Part shown: piece after piece, positions 39,598 through 50,222 of the stretch
How the letters are laid out: every line of letters begins with the position of its first letter
How positions within the stretch are numbered: position 1 is the stretch's first letter
Assembly (NCBI GenBank): GCA_963720185.1
Contig: OY970388.1
Location: forward strand, 1,340,077-1,404,076
DNA from: Vulcanimicrobiota bacterium
GTDB taxonomy: Bacteria > Vulcanimicrobiota > Vulcanimicrobiia > Vulcanimicrobiales > Vulcanimicrobiaceae
Length of the DNA stretch: 64,000 nucleotides
Direction of reading: 5' to 3'
Made by a program: the position numbers and the translations under genes
Notes under the pieces: generated by a model
What the model saw: the letters and a program-made list of their open reading frames with translations, nothing else
Told to the model about the DNA's origin: nothing
Database searches by the model: none

Positions 39598-40418
39598 ATT
39601 CGCGTTGGCGTTTCATCGCCGCGGCGGCGATCGCCGTGGCATTGGCGTACGCAGCTTACCGTGTCGTACTGCACGAGAGCCGAGTCCAGCCGGCCATCAT
39701 CACGCCGTCGATGAACGCGCAGCAAGCGATTTCGCCGTCGCTCATCGCGCACGTGCGGCGGCTATTTACGGAGCGCGTGGAATACGGGGAACGCAACAGC
39801 AGACCGCGCCTCATCGCGTTGACCTTCGACGACGGTCCATACCCCATCTACACTCCGCTGCTGCTCGAGGAGTTGCGGCGCTTGCGCGTACCGGCGACCT
39901 TCTTTTTGATCGGCCGCGACGCGCAACAATGGCCCGAGTTAACGCAAAGAGTCAAACGCTACGGGAACGAGCTCGCGGACCACACGTACACGCATCCGAA
40001 CCTCGATCAGCTGCCGCCGTCGAAAGTCCGTGCGGAAATCATCGCGGGCCGCGTATCGGTGTCGAAGATTGTGGGCGATCCCGCGCTCGCCTATCTTTTT
40101 CGGCCGCCGCACGGCCGGTACACCGTCGCCACGGTACAAGCGGCGCAAAGTTTGCGTTACGATACGGTGCTTTGGAATGACGACAGCGGCGACTGGCGTC
40201 TGGCAGTGACCGCGCAATCGCTGGCCGAGCACCTAGAGCGTCACGCCACGGCGCCGGAGATCGTCCTGCTGCACAGCGGGAGGCTTCCAACGATAGAGAT
40301 GCTCAGGCAAATCGTCAGCAGGTTCCGGGCGGCGGGGTACCGCTTCGTCACGGTCGGCGAGCTGTTGGCGCGCGCGACCCCCGCGGAACTAAATCACCCG
40401 CTCAAACGTCCCGTCTAA
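39594..40418 (+). CDS. polysaccharide deacetylase (NodB homology domain)
   Basis: 274 aa. It has an N-terminal TM helix and the NodB motifs LTFDDGP, HTYTHP, RPPHG and LLHS. Its start overlaps the LCP gene (GTGA). Confidence 0.85.
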   Translation: MNSRWRFIAAAAIAVALAYAAYRVVLHESRVQPAIITPSMNAQQAISPSLIAHVRRLFTERVEYGERNSRPRLIALTFDDGPYPIYTPLLLEELRRLRVPATFFLIGRDAQQWPELTQRVKRYGNELADHTYTHPNLDQLPPSKVRAEIIAGRVSVSKIVGDPALAYLFRPPHGRYTVATVQAAQSLRYDTVLWNDDSGDWRLAVTAQSLAEHLERHATAPEIVLLHSGRLPTIEMLRQIVSRFRAAGYRFVTVGELLARATPAELNHPLKRPV

Positions 40419-40427
40419 AGAGGAAGC

Positions 40428-40568
40428 GTGCCCAGACAGATCATCGACACGGAATCGAGCCGTCCGCGTTATGTGCGCCGAATCGTGCTGAGCGCGGTGG
40501 CTGTTTTCTTAGCCGTCGCAGTGCTGATCGTAATCGTCTTTATCGTGCTGAGCAGGCCGGCTCACTAA
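40428..40568 (+). CDS. small membrane protein (46 aa), hypothetical
   Basis: It is below the ORF-track size cutoff. My translation from GTG 40428, which follows AGAGGAAG, reads VPRQIIDTESSRPRYVRRIVLSAVAVFLAVAVLIVIVFIVLSRPAH. It has one TM helix. By hand count, about 72% of codons end in G/C. Confidence 0.5.
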   Translation: MPRQIIDTESSRPRYVRRIVLSAVAVFLAVAVLIVIVFIVLSRPAH

Positions 40569-40588
40569 CACTCTTTAAAGGAGCATTC

Positions 40589-41693
40589 ATGCTGCGACGT
40601 TTTGCCGTCGGATTCTTTGCACTGGCTTGCGCTGCTGCCGCAGGCTGCCTGCAGCACCAACACGTCGACGCCGTCGAGCGGCGGCGTTCCCGGTGTCGGG
40701 CCTAACTTTGCCACGAATACGCTCTACGTCGTCAACACGACGCAAAGTGCCATAGACCTTTTCTCGCCGTCGCCGCATCCGGGCGCTTCGCCGGAATACC
40801 TGATCGGCGGCGGCAACACGCAGATGAACGGCCCGCAGTACGATGCCTTCGACGGCACGAAGAAACTCTACGTCACCAACTACAACGCCGGCACGCAGGC
40901 CGCTTCGGTCACCGTGTACGCCGAATATGCAACCGGCGACGTCTTGCCCATCGCCGTGGTTACCGGCAGCGGGCTCGCGCAGCCGCACGGCATCGCATCG
41001 CTTCCCGGCAGCAGCGGCTTCGTCGTTGCGGACACGAATCCGAGCGGGTTCTTCACAAGTTCCATTTTCATATTCGGGCCGCCGTCCGGCGGCTCTGCCG
41101 GCCTCTTCGATGTCATTGCGGGATCCTTAACGCAGCTGAACTATCCCAGCGGCGTTGCCGTCGACCCGGCGAGCCGCATCTTCGTCACCAATCGCGGAAA
41201 CGGAAGCGTCACAGCGTACGCGCTTCCCGCGACGCCGTCGCCGTCGCCCACGACGTCGCCGACTCCCACGCCGACGCCGACGGGTTCCCCTTCACCGACC
41301 CCAACGCCGTCGTCCATCAACGTACCGCCGCTCTTGCGCATCGCGGGATCCAATACGGGCTTGGTGACGCCGACCGGCATCGCGCTCGATTCATCGAACC
41401 GCATCTACGTCACAGATCCGGATAACGGGCACGGCAGCGTGCGCATCTTTGCCGCGAACGCTACCGGCAACGTCGCTCCAATCGGCGTTATTTCGGGCAG
41501 TGCGACGCAACTGGTGAACCCATTAGACGTAAAGTTGGATAGCGGCGGAAACATCTACGTTTCGGACTCCGGCGCAAGCGGCGTCAGCTCGAGCAAGGTT
41601 GTAATCTTCGGGCCTAATGCCCGAGGCAACGTCGCGCCGGCCGTAACGATTCCGCTGCCGTTCGCGGTCACGGGGCTTGCTTTATCTCCCTAG
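40589..41693 (+). pseudogene. NHL/beta-propeller repeat lipoprotein; the signal peptide and mature domain are in different frames
   Basis: ATG 40589 follows AAAGGAG and encodes MLRRFAVGFFALACAAAAGC (lipobox), then terminates. The mature part (STNTSTPSSGG...YVTNYN...IFVTNRGNGSVTAY...IYVTDPDNG...IYVSDSG) is in the frame of ORF 40602..41693. The junction is a tandem ctgc-ctgc (40645-40652). Confidence 0.7.
41226..41314 (+). repeat. low-complexity Pro/Thr/Ser linker coding repeat (PATPSPSPTTSPTPTPTPTGSPSPTPTPSS)
   Basis: Read directly from the translation of ORF 40602..41693. The DNA is an ACGCCG/TCGCCG-type reiteration. Confidence 0.8.
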
Positions 41694-41703
41694 GGACCCC
41701 TTA

Positions 41704-43206
41704 GTGTCCGCGGCGGAGCGCGAGGCCAAGTACGGCGGCTTACTGGAACGGATCACTCGAAGCGCGCTTGAAACCGCCGACGCCGACGTATTCCTCGAAC
41801 GCGCTTGCGAGGAGGTCGCCAAAGCGCTCGACGCCGCCGAGTGCCGCGTGATCCCGCTCGCTAAACGGCCTAGCGAAGACGGGGCGGCGGTCGCGCCGCT
41901 CTACATCGACGGCAAGGCCGAACGCGGACTTTCCGTACGCTTTAACGGCAGCCGCACGCCGGATCCCCTCGACGATCTGCTGCTGCGTGCGATCAGCGCT
42001 CACATCGGCCTAGCGTTTGCGAATGCCCGTTCTTACGCGTTGGAGCGCATGCGCCGCACGCGTGCGGAGTCGACCGAACGGATCGTTCACATGATGCGCG
42101 ATGCGCAAACGATCGACGAAGCGATCGCCGCGTTCGCTTCTGCCGTTTCAAGCGAAACGCGGCTTACGGTGGGCGTCTACGGTTTAGACGGTACGCTCGC
42201 GACGCGCCAAGCTTACGCCATATATGAAGGTACGCACGGCGGCTTGGCGCAGGTTGCCGACGCTCGCGAAGTCCTTCCATTTTTGGAGCAGCGTGAATTC
42301 ATGCGCGCCCGCTCGCTGCCGTACGAATCGAGAGATCAATTGTTCGGTTCGGGCGAAGGGCTTCTGACGAGCGTCCGAATCGACGGCGCAGTTTGGGGAA
42401 TGGCGTTGTTTTCGGCTCCAGCCGGCACGCAAGACTGGGCCGACGGGGAGCGCCGCATTCATCTGCGCATGCTGCTTTCCTATTTTGAATCTGCGCTGTC
42501 GGCGGCGCGCGGCTTCGAACGTGTGCAGCGCTTGGCGCGAGCGCTTTCGGAGAGCAACGAGTTCAAAGACGATCTGTTAGCGATGCTGGCGCACGATTTC
42601 AAGGGACCGGTTACCGTCATTCTGGGATATTGCGATTTGCTTTTGGAGCAAGCGCCGCCAGACGGCCGCGACGAGCTGGAAACGGTGCGCAGTCAAGCGA
42701 TGCGCTTGGTTCGCCTATCCGAGGATGCCGTGATGCTGGCAGAAACCCAGGCAGGCCTAGTCCCTCATCGCGGCCCCGTCGATCTTTGCGAGGTCCTGCA
42801 GACGGGCGTTAAAGCGCACAACCGCGATCACCGGATTCGGTTGGTGCTGCCCGCCGGTGAAGTTTGCGTTTCGATCGACGTGCTGAAGTTCAACCACGTG
42901 CTGGATAATTTGATCATGAATGCGCTCAAATACTCCGACGGCGCCGTGACCGTTCGTTTGACGACGCACGGGAACCGTGCGAAAATTGCGGTGACCGATC
43001 ACGGCATCGGCATTCCGCAGAGCGAGGCGGAATCGGTCTTCTCGCGTTTCGGGCGGGCAAGCAACGCGCGGCGGAAAGGCGTAGGCTCGGGCTTAGGCCT
43101 GTACGTCAGCCGAAAGATCGTCGAGCAGCACGGAGGCAGCATCATGGCGTCGTCGTCTCCGGCCGAGGGAACGACCTTTACGATCACGATGCCGATGTCG
43201 GAGTAG
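41704..43206 (+). CDS. sensor histidine kinase (cytoplasmic; GAF-like N-terminal regions, HisKA and HATPase_c domains)
   Basis: ORF 41677..43206. I preferred the GTG at 41704, just after the upstream stop. The H-box is LAMLAHDFKGP, the N-box is NLIMNALKYS, and the G-boxes are DHGIGIP and GSGLGL. There are no TM helices, and no response regulator is adjacent. Confidence 0.85.
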   Translation: MSAAEREAKYGGLLERITRSALETADADVFLERACEEVAKALDAAECRVIPLAKRPSEDGAAVAPLYIDGKAERGLSVRFNGSRTPDPLDDLLLRAISAHIGLAFANARSYALERMRRTRAESTERIVHMMRDAQTIDEAIAAFASAVSSETRLTVGVYGLDGTLATRQAYAIYEGTHGGLAQVADAREVLPFLEQREFMRARSLPYESRDQLFGSGEGLLTSVRIDGAVWGMALFSAPAGTQDWADGERRIHLRMLLSYFESALSAARGFERVQRLARALSESNEFKDDLLAMLAHDFKGPVTVILGYCDLLLEQAPPDGRDELETVRSQAMRLVRLSEDAVMLAETQAGLVPHRGPVDLCEVLQTGVKAHNRDHRIRLVLPAGEVCVSIDVLKFNHVLDNLIMNALKYSDGAVTVRLTTHGNRAKIAVTDHGIGIPQSEAESVFSRFGRASNARRKGVGSGLGLYVSRKIVEQHGGSIMASSSPAEGTTFTITMPMSE

Positions 43207-43241
43207 CAACCCTTGCGCGCACAGAACGGTACTAAGCACTA

Positions 43242-45869
<2,628 letters not shown>

Positions 45870-45875
45870 TAATTA

Positions 45876-46721
45876 CTAATAAGTACGAAGTCGCGGAATC
45901 GATGATTCGCCGGTAGGCGAGCCGCCGACAAGCGCACCGCCGAGTTGGACGTTGCGCGCCTGAACGCTGACGTCAACGCCGCGCCCGACATCGCGCAGCA
46001 CGGTCGTAATGCTTCCGCCTTGCGAATTTGCATCGGTGATCGTGACGGCGCCGTCGTTGGCGCGGCTTACCGTTTCACCGTTACCTAAATTCAGAGTTTG
46101 CCCATCCTGCAGCGCAATGCGGCGGCCGTCTTCCGAAACGGAGGCGGTCCCGTCGTTTCTCAACGCGACCCGCGTGGCGCCGCCGTCGGTTCTGACCTCC
46201 GCGCTGCGATTGTATGCGTTGCCGTTGCCGTCAGGCTGCGTGAGCTGCGTTGAGACTTGATAGCCCCCGGCAAAGGAGTTTGAATTCAGGAGGTCCGGCT
46301 GCGGCGATTGGCTTGTGAACTGGTTGGTATCGGTCTGGCCCGAGGGCGTGGTGCCGTCGAACGCCAAGTGCGGGTCGCCGACTGACGACCCTGCGGCGTT
46401 TGAAAAATATTGATCCGGTGCCACCGCCGCGTCACCCGCGGCCGTTCCACTGAGGCCCAACATCGAGAGCAGCTCGCTAATCATGTTCAGCAGCTGCGAG
46501 ACGATGCTGCCGAGGCCGCCTTGCGCACCGCCGGACGCGGGCGCGGCGCCGTTGCCGTTCTGCAGCATCCACGTGGGCGCCATCTGTCGCATTTGCGTGA
46601 TCGCGTCGGGTGAAGATGCCGCCGCACTTTGCTCCGGAAGGCCGGTGAGCGATGCGTCGGTTTGCGGCGGATCGAGGGAAAGCGACGAAACGGCTCCAAG
46701 CGGCCGCTCTTGTACGTTCAT
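45876..46721 (-). CDS. hypothetical Gly/Ser/Thr/Asn-rich protein with a GD-PH motif (possible autocleaving DUF1521/MIIA-like or vWD-like domain)
   Basis: ORF 45876..46754. I preferred ATG 46721, which follows GGAGG at 6 nt (MNVQERPLG...), giving 281 aa. No Cys or Lys residues were seen. There is no N-terminal hydrophobic signal. An amphipathic stretch reads GGLGSIVSQLLNMISELLSMLGL. The motif SVGDPHLAFDG is encoded at 46368-46379, followed by about 165 aa of beta-rich sequence. Confidence 0.6.
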   Translation of the reverse strand: MNVQERPLGAVSSLSLDPPQTDASLTGLPEQSAAASSPDAITQMRQMAPTWMLQNGNGAAPASGGAQGGLGSIVSQLLNMISELLSMLGLSGTAAGDAAVAPDQYFSNAAGSSVGDPHLAFDGTTPSGQTDTNQFTSQSPQPDLLNSNSFAGGYQVSTQLTQPDGNGNAYNRSAEVRTDGGATRVALRNDGTASVSEDGRRIALQDGQTLNLGNGETVSRANDGAVTITDANSQGGSITTVLRDVGRGVDVSVQARNVQLGGALVGGSPTGESSIPRLRTY

Positions 46722-46815
46722 GAATTCCTCCGTATCGAGTTCCTTGGGTTCCACTCACGCGGGCGCTGCGGAATCGAAAGGGCGCGGAACGCAACCGCGG
46801 AAAATCCACGCCGCC

Positions 46816-47911
46816 ATGAGCGATTCGGTGTTGACCTCGGCCACGCGACTGCGCGACCGCCTGGCGACGCTAAAGGAGCGTCTTTGACTACGCCGGCAAG
46901 AGCCGGCTAATTAGCGAGCTCGAAAGCCGCTCGGGCAGCAAACAATTCTGGAACGATCCCGCGGCGGCGCAGCGCGTCATGAAGCAGCTTGCCGACTCGC
47001 GCGCGGACGTCGAGCAGATCGATGCCGTCGCGGGCGCGCTTCGCGATGCCGAGGAAATGGGCGAACTGTTTGAGGACGACGCGCACGCGCAAGAGGAAAT
47101 CGAGGCGAACTTGCGTTTCGCCGAAAAGCGGCTCGACGAGATTGAAATGGCGGCGGCCTTCGAAGGCGAGTTCGACGGGCACAACGCGATCGTCAGTATC
47201 TTTGCCGGCGCGGGCGGCGTGGACGCCGCAGATTGGACGCAGATGCTGGCGCGCATGTACCTGCGCTGGGCAGAAGCGAAAAGCTATGAGGCCCGCGTCG
47301 TCGATGAATCGCCGGCCGAGGAGGCCGGCTTAAAGTCCATCACCTTTTTCGTACGCGGCAAAAATGCATACGGAATGCTCGAGAGCGAGCGCGGCGTTCA
47401 TCGCTTGGTGCGCATCTCGCCCTTCGATGCCGCACATCGCCGGCATACTTCCTTTGCGGCGGTCGACGTGATCCCGGAGATCGAAGCGGGCGAAGGCGCC
47501 GAAGTGCAGATCAAAGCCGAAGATGTGCGCATCGAAACGTTCAAGTCAGGCGGCGCCGGCGGTCAGTACGTCAATAAGACGGAATCTGCGGTGCGGGTCG
47601 TGCATGAGCCCAGCGGTATCATCGTCGCTTCGCAACAAGAGCGCTCGCAAGCGCAAAATCGCGAGGTGGCGATGAACATCTTGCGTGCCAAGTTAGCAGC
47701 GCGTGAAGTGGAAAACCGCGGCCGCCGTCTGGAAGAGCTGCGCGGCGAACGCACCGCCAACGAGTGGGGATCGCAGATCCGCTCCTACGTGCTCAATCCG
47801 TATCAGCTCGTCAAAGATCACCGCACGAACGTCGAAACTCGCAACGTCGCCGCGGTGCTCGACGGCGAGATCGACGGCTTCATCTGGCCGTACCTGCAGC
47901 AGCGCCGGTAA
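46816..47911 (+). CDS. prfB: peptide chain release factor 2, requiring a programmed +1 frameshift (join 46816..46884, 46886..47911)
   Basis: Frame 0 reads MSDSVLTSATRLRDRLATLKERL followed by TGA. The +1 frame reads DYAGKSRLISELES... and carries the RF2-specific SPF motif (RISPFDAA) and GGQ (SGGAGGQYVNKTES). The ORF track shows only 46979..47911. Confidence 0.95.
46872..46888 (+). promoter_or_regulatory. RF2 autoregulatory recoding site (internal Shine-Dalgarno plus CTT TGA C)
   Basis: The sequence AGGAGCGTCTTTGAC has an SD-like AGGAG, a short spacer, the slippery CTT, and an in-frame TGA followed by C. Confidence 0.9.
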
Positions 47912-49254
47912 GACGCGCCGGCAATTTTGCCGACGTCTGGCTATGGGCCGGCGTGTTCGCGTACGCCGCGTTCTATTACGCTCTGGGAAGCGTGCGGTAT
48001 TCGGCGCACCGGAACTTTGTCGATCTCGGCATCTTCGCGCAGACCGCTGCCGGCGCATTCGGTTGTTTTTGCAACGCCGTCGAAGGCAGTCACTGGGCCT
48101 ATCATTTTTCGCCGATCCTCTATCTGCCGGGCGCATTGATGCGCGTTTGGCCGTCGGCGATGTCGCTGGTGGCGTTGCAGGCGGCCGCCGGCGCGCTTGT
48201 TGCGCCGCCCGTCTACGCGATGCTTCGCCGGCGGCTGGATCGGCGCGCCGCGCGCTTAGGCGCGCTCGTGGTTTTCGTCTATCCCCCGCTCGGCGGCGTC
48301 GTCTTCAACGACTTCCATGAAAATGGTCTGGCGCCCGCGGCGGTGGCGTGGATGGTGTGGGCATTCGACGATGGGCGCTTGGGGTTAACGCTGGCGCTCA
48401 CCGCGCTGACGCTAAGCATCAAAGAAGATCAAGCGATCTTCGTCGCTTGCGCGGGGGCCGTCGGCGCGCTAGCGTACCGCGGGGATCGGAAGCGGCTGAC
48501 CGTGTGCGCGATCGCGGGCACCGCGGCAATCGTGGTCGTCGTCGCTTATATCATCGCCCTGCATCCGCATGCTGCCGGCCGATTTTACGCCTGGAACGCG
48601 CATGACTTGCAAGCGCTGTTCCCGGGCGGCGTGCTGGGGCGCATCGGCTTCCTTCTTCTGGCATTTTTGCCGCTGCTGTTTTTGCCGTTTCGAACCGCTG
48701 CGGCTTCCTTGCTTGTCGCTCCCTTAGCGGAGATTCTGTTCTCTCGCATGGCGACGACGTACACGATCGGCTCGCACTATGCCGGCGCCTGGAGCGGTTA
48801 TGCGTTTGCCGCATTTGTCTTTGGGCTGAACATTGCCGCCAAAGGTTCGAGCGGCCGGGCGCATCGGTTGCTGTACTGGTGCATCGGCCTCTGCGTCGCG
48901 GAGTTTGCCGCAGCCGATCCCTTGCATCCGGCATACTTCCTGCATCCGCCCTCCGCTGCGGACGCGGCGCTCGATACTGTGCTAGCGAGCTTGCCGCCGA
49001 AGATCTCGCTTGCAACGCAAGAAGAAGCGTACACGCATCTGGCGGCGACCAACCCGAATGTCACGCTCTTGCCCGAACGGCAAGCGCCGATCTCCAGCTG
49101 CTACGTCTTGGTCGATCGCGATTTTCCGGATTCGGTGCGCCTGCAGGAATCCGCACCGGTCCTTCGCCGGCTCATCTCGCGACGCGAACTGCGCGTCGTG
49201 CGCGCCGATGGTGGAATCATCCTTTATAAATTGCCGTCGTGTGGCCGGACATAA
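47764..49254 (+). CDS. DUF2079 family integral membrane protein (GT-C-like); 5' end uncertain
   Basis: The family pattern is present (YHFSPILYLPGAL...LVALQAAAGALVAPPVY...NDFHENGLAP...IKED) with more than 10 TM helices. The only ATG/GTG/TTG upstream of the first TM helix is GTG 47764, which lies 148 nt inside prfB. CTG 47884 is the alternative. Confidence 0.7.
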   Translation: MGIADPLLRAQSVSARQRSPHERRNSQRRRGARRRDRRLHLAVPAAAPVRRAGNFADVWLWAGVFAYAAFYYALGSVRYSAHRNFVDLGIFAQTAAGAFGCFCNAVEGSHWAYHFSPILYLPGALMRVWPSAMSLVALQAAAGALVAPPVYAMLRRRLDRRAARLGALVVFVYPPLGGVVFNDFHENGLAPAAVAWMVWAFDDGRLGLTLALTALTLSIKEDQAIFVACAGAVGALAYRGDRKRLTVCAIAGTAAIVVVVAYIIALHPHAAGRFYAWNAHDLQALFPGGVLGRIGFLLLAFLPLLFLPFRTAAASLLVAPLAEILFSRMATTYTIGSHYAGAWSGYAFAAFVFGLNIAAKGSSGRAHRLLYWCIGLCVAEFAAADPLHPAYFLHPPSAADAALDTVLASLPPKISLATQEEAYTHLAATNPNVTLLPERQAPISSCYVLVDRDFPDSVRLQESAPVLRRLISRRELRVVRADGGIILYKLPSCGRT

Positions 49255-50222
49255 ACTCATCGACCGCGTCCGCCGCTACCACCATCGCATGATCGTCGGC
49301 ACAGACGGCGCGGTACGGAGCTGCCCACGGCGACCAGCGAGCGCTCTGGACGGAGAAGTTTTGTTCCGGGTAGATCGCGACGCATGGCGTTCCCAACATT
49401 CCCGCCACGTGCAACGCACCGCAGTCCGGCGAAACCAGCACCGCTGCGCCGGCAAGCGCGCGCTTCCACGGCTCGAGTTCGGTGAAAAATCGAACGGGCA
49501 ATTGCGACGCGCGTGAAAGTGCCTCGGCATACTGTGACTCGGCCGCCGCGGCCAGGAGTTCGACCCTATAGGCTCGCGAAAGGGTTGTGGCGAGCGCCGT
49601 TACCGCGGAAAGCGGAACGCCGGCGCGTTGCCATCGGTCCGTCACCTGTAGCGCAACCGCGTCACCGCGTGCGGAAATTTCGTCCAGCAAAAAGCGCCGC
49701 AGACTGCGCCGGGTCGCGAACCGGCTGCGCGTTTCCGAGCAGTGTGCTGCCCAGATCGAAGAGCGCTTCGCACTCGTGCGGCGCAGGGAGGTGCGGATTC
49801 GCCGAGCGATAGATCGTCTGCGTGCACAAGCGACGCAGCCACAGCGTTTTAAAGTATTTATGCCAGCCGTTTTCAAAGCCGATGCGCTGCGGAATGCCGG
49901 CCTCGTAGGCGACGCGGTATCCCGCAGGATCCTCGGTTGCGATGATCGCGACATCGAAGTCAAAGCGCCGCAAACGCGCGGCGTCTTGAGCGATGGCGCG
50001 GCGATTCGCTCGCGACTCGTCGCGAAGAACGAAGCTCGCGGCTTCTGCGCGCTCCAGGGCGTGCCGCGCGAAGAGATCGCGATTGCCGTCGCACAACAGG
50101 ATCGACGTGCGAAAGCCGCACCGTTGCAGGCCCTCGAGCAGCGGCACGAGGACGGCAGCGTCGCCGACGCCGTCTAAACGGACGATCAGCACGGAAGGTG
50201 AAATATCGGGCACGCGTTTCAT
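49217..50222 (-). pseudogene. glycosyltransferase family 9 (heptosyltransferase-like), reading frame broken near 49695-49720
   Basis: The N-terminal half (MKRVPDISPSVLIVRLDGVGDAAVLVPLLEGL...HECEALFDLG...) is in ORF 49662..50465. The C-terminal half (...DAVALQVTDRWQRAGVPL...VSPDCGALHVAGMLGTPCVAIY...) is in ORF 49217..49963. An alternative GTG start at 50192 gives MLIVRLDGVGD. Confidence 0.7.

Noticed and set aside
40645-40652. The ctgc-ctgc repeat as a phase-variation (slipped-strand) switch for the lipoprotein
   Set aside because: There are only two repeat units, whereas contingency loci normally have many. A one-off duplication or an assembly error is more likely.
46979-47911. prfB as a 5'-truncated gene or pseudogene
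   Set aside because: The missing N-terminus is present in frame 0 upstream and is joined through the textbook CTT-TGA-C +1 site. This is programmed recoding, not damage.
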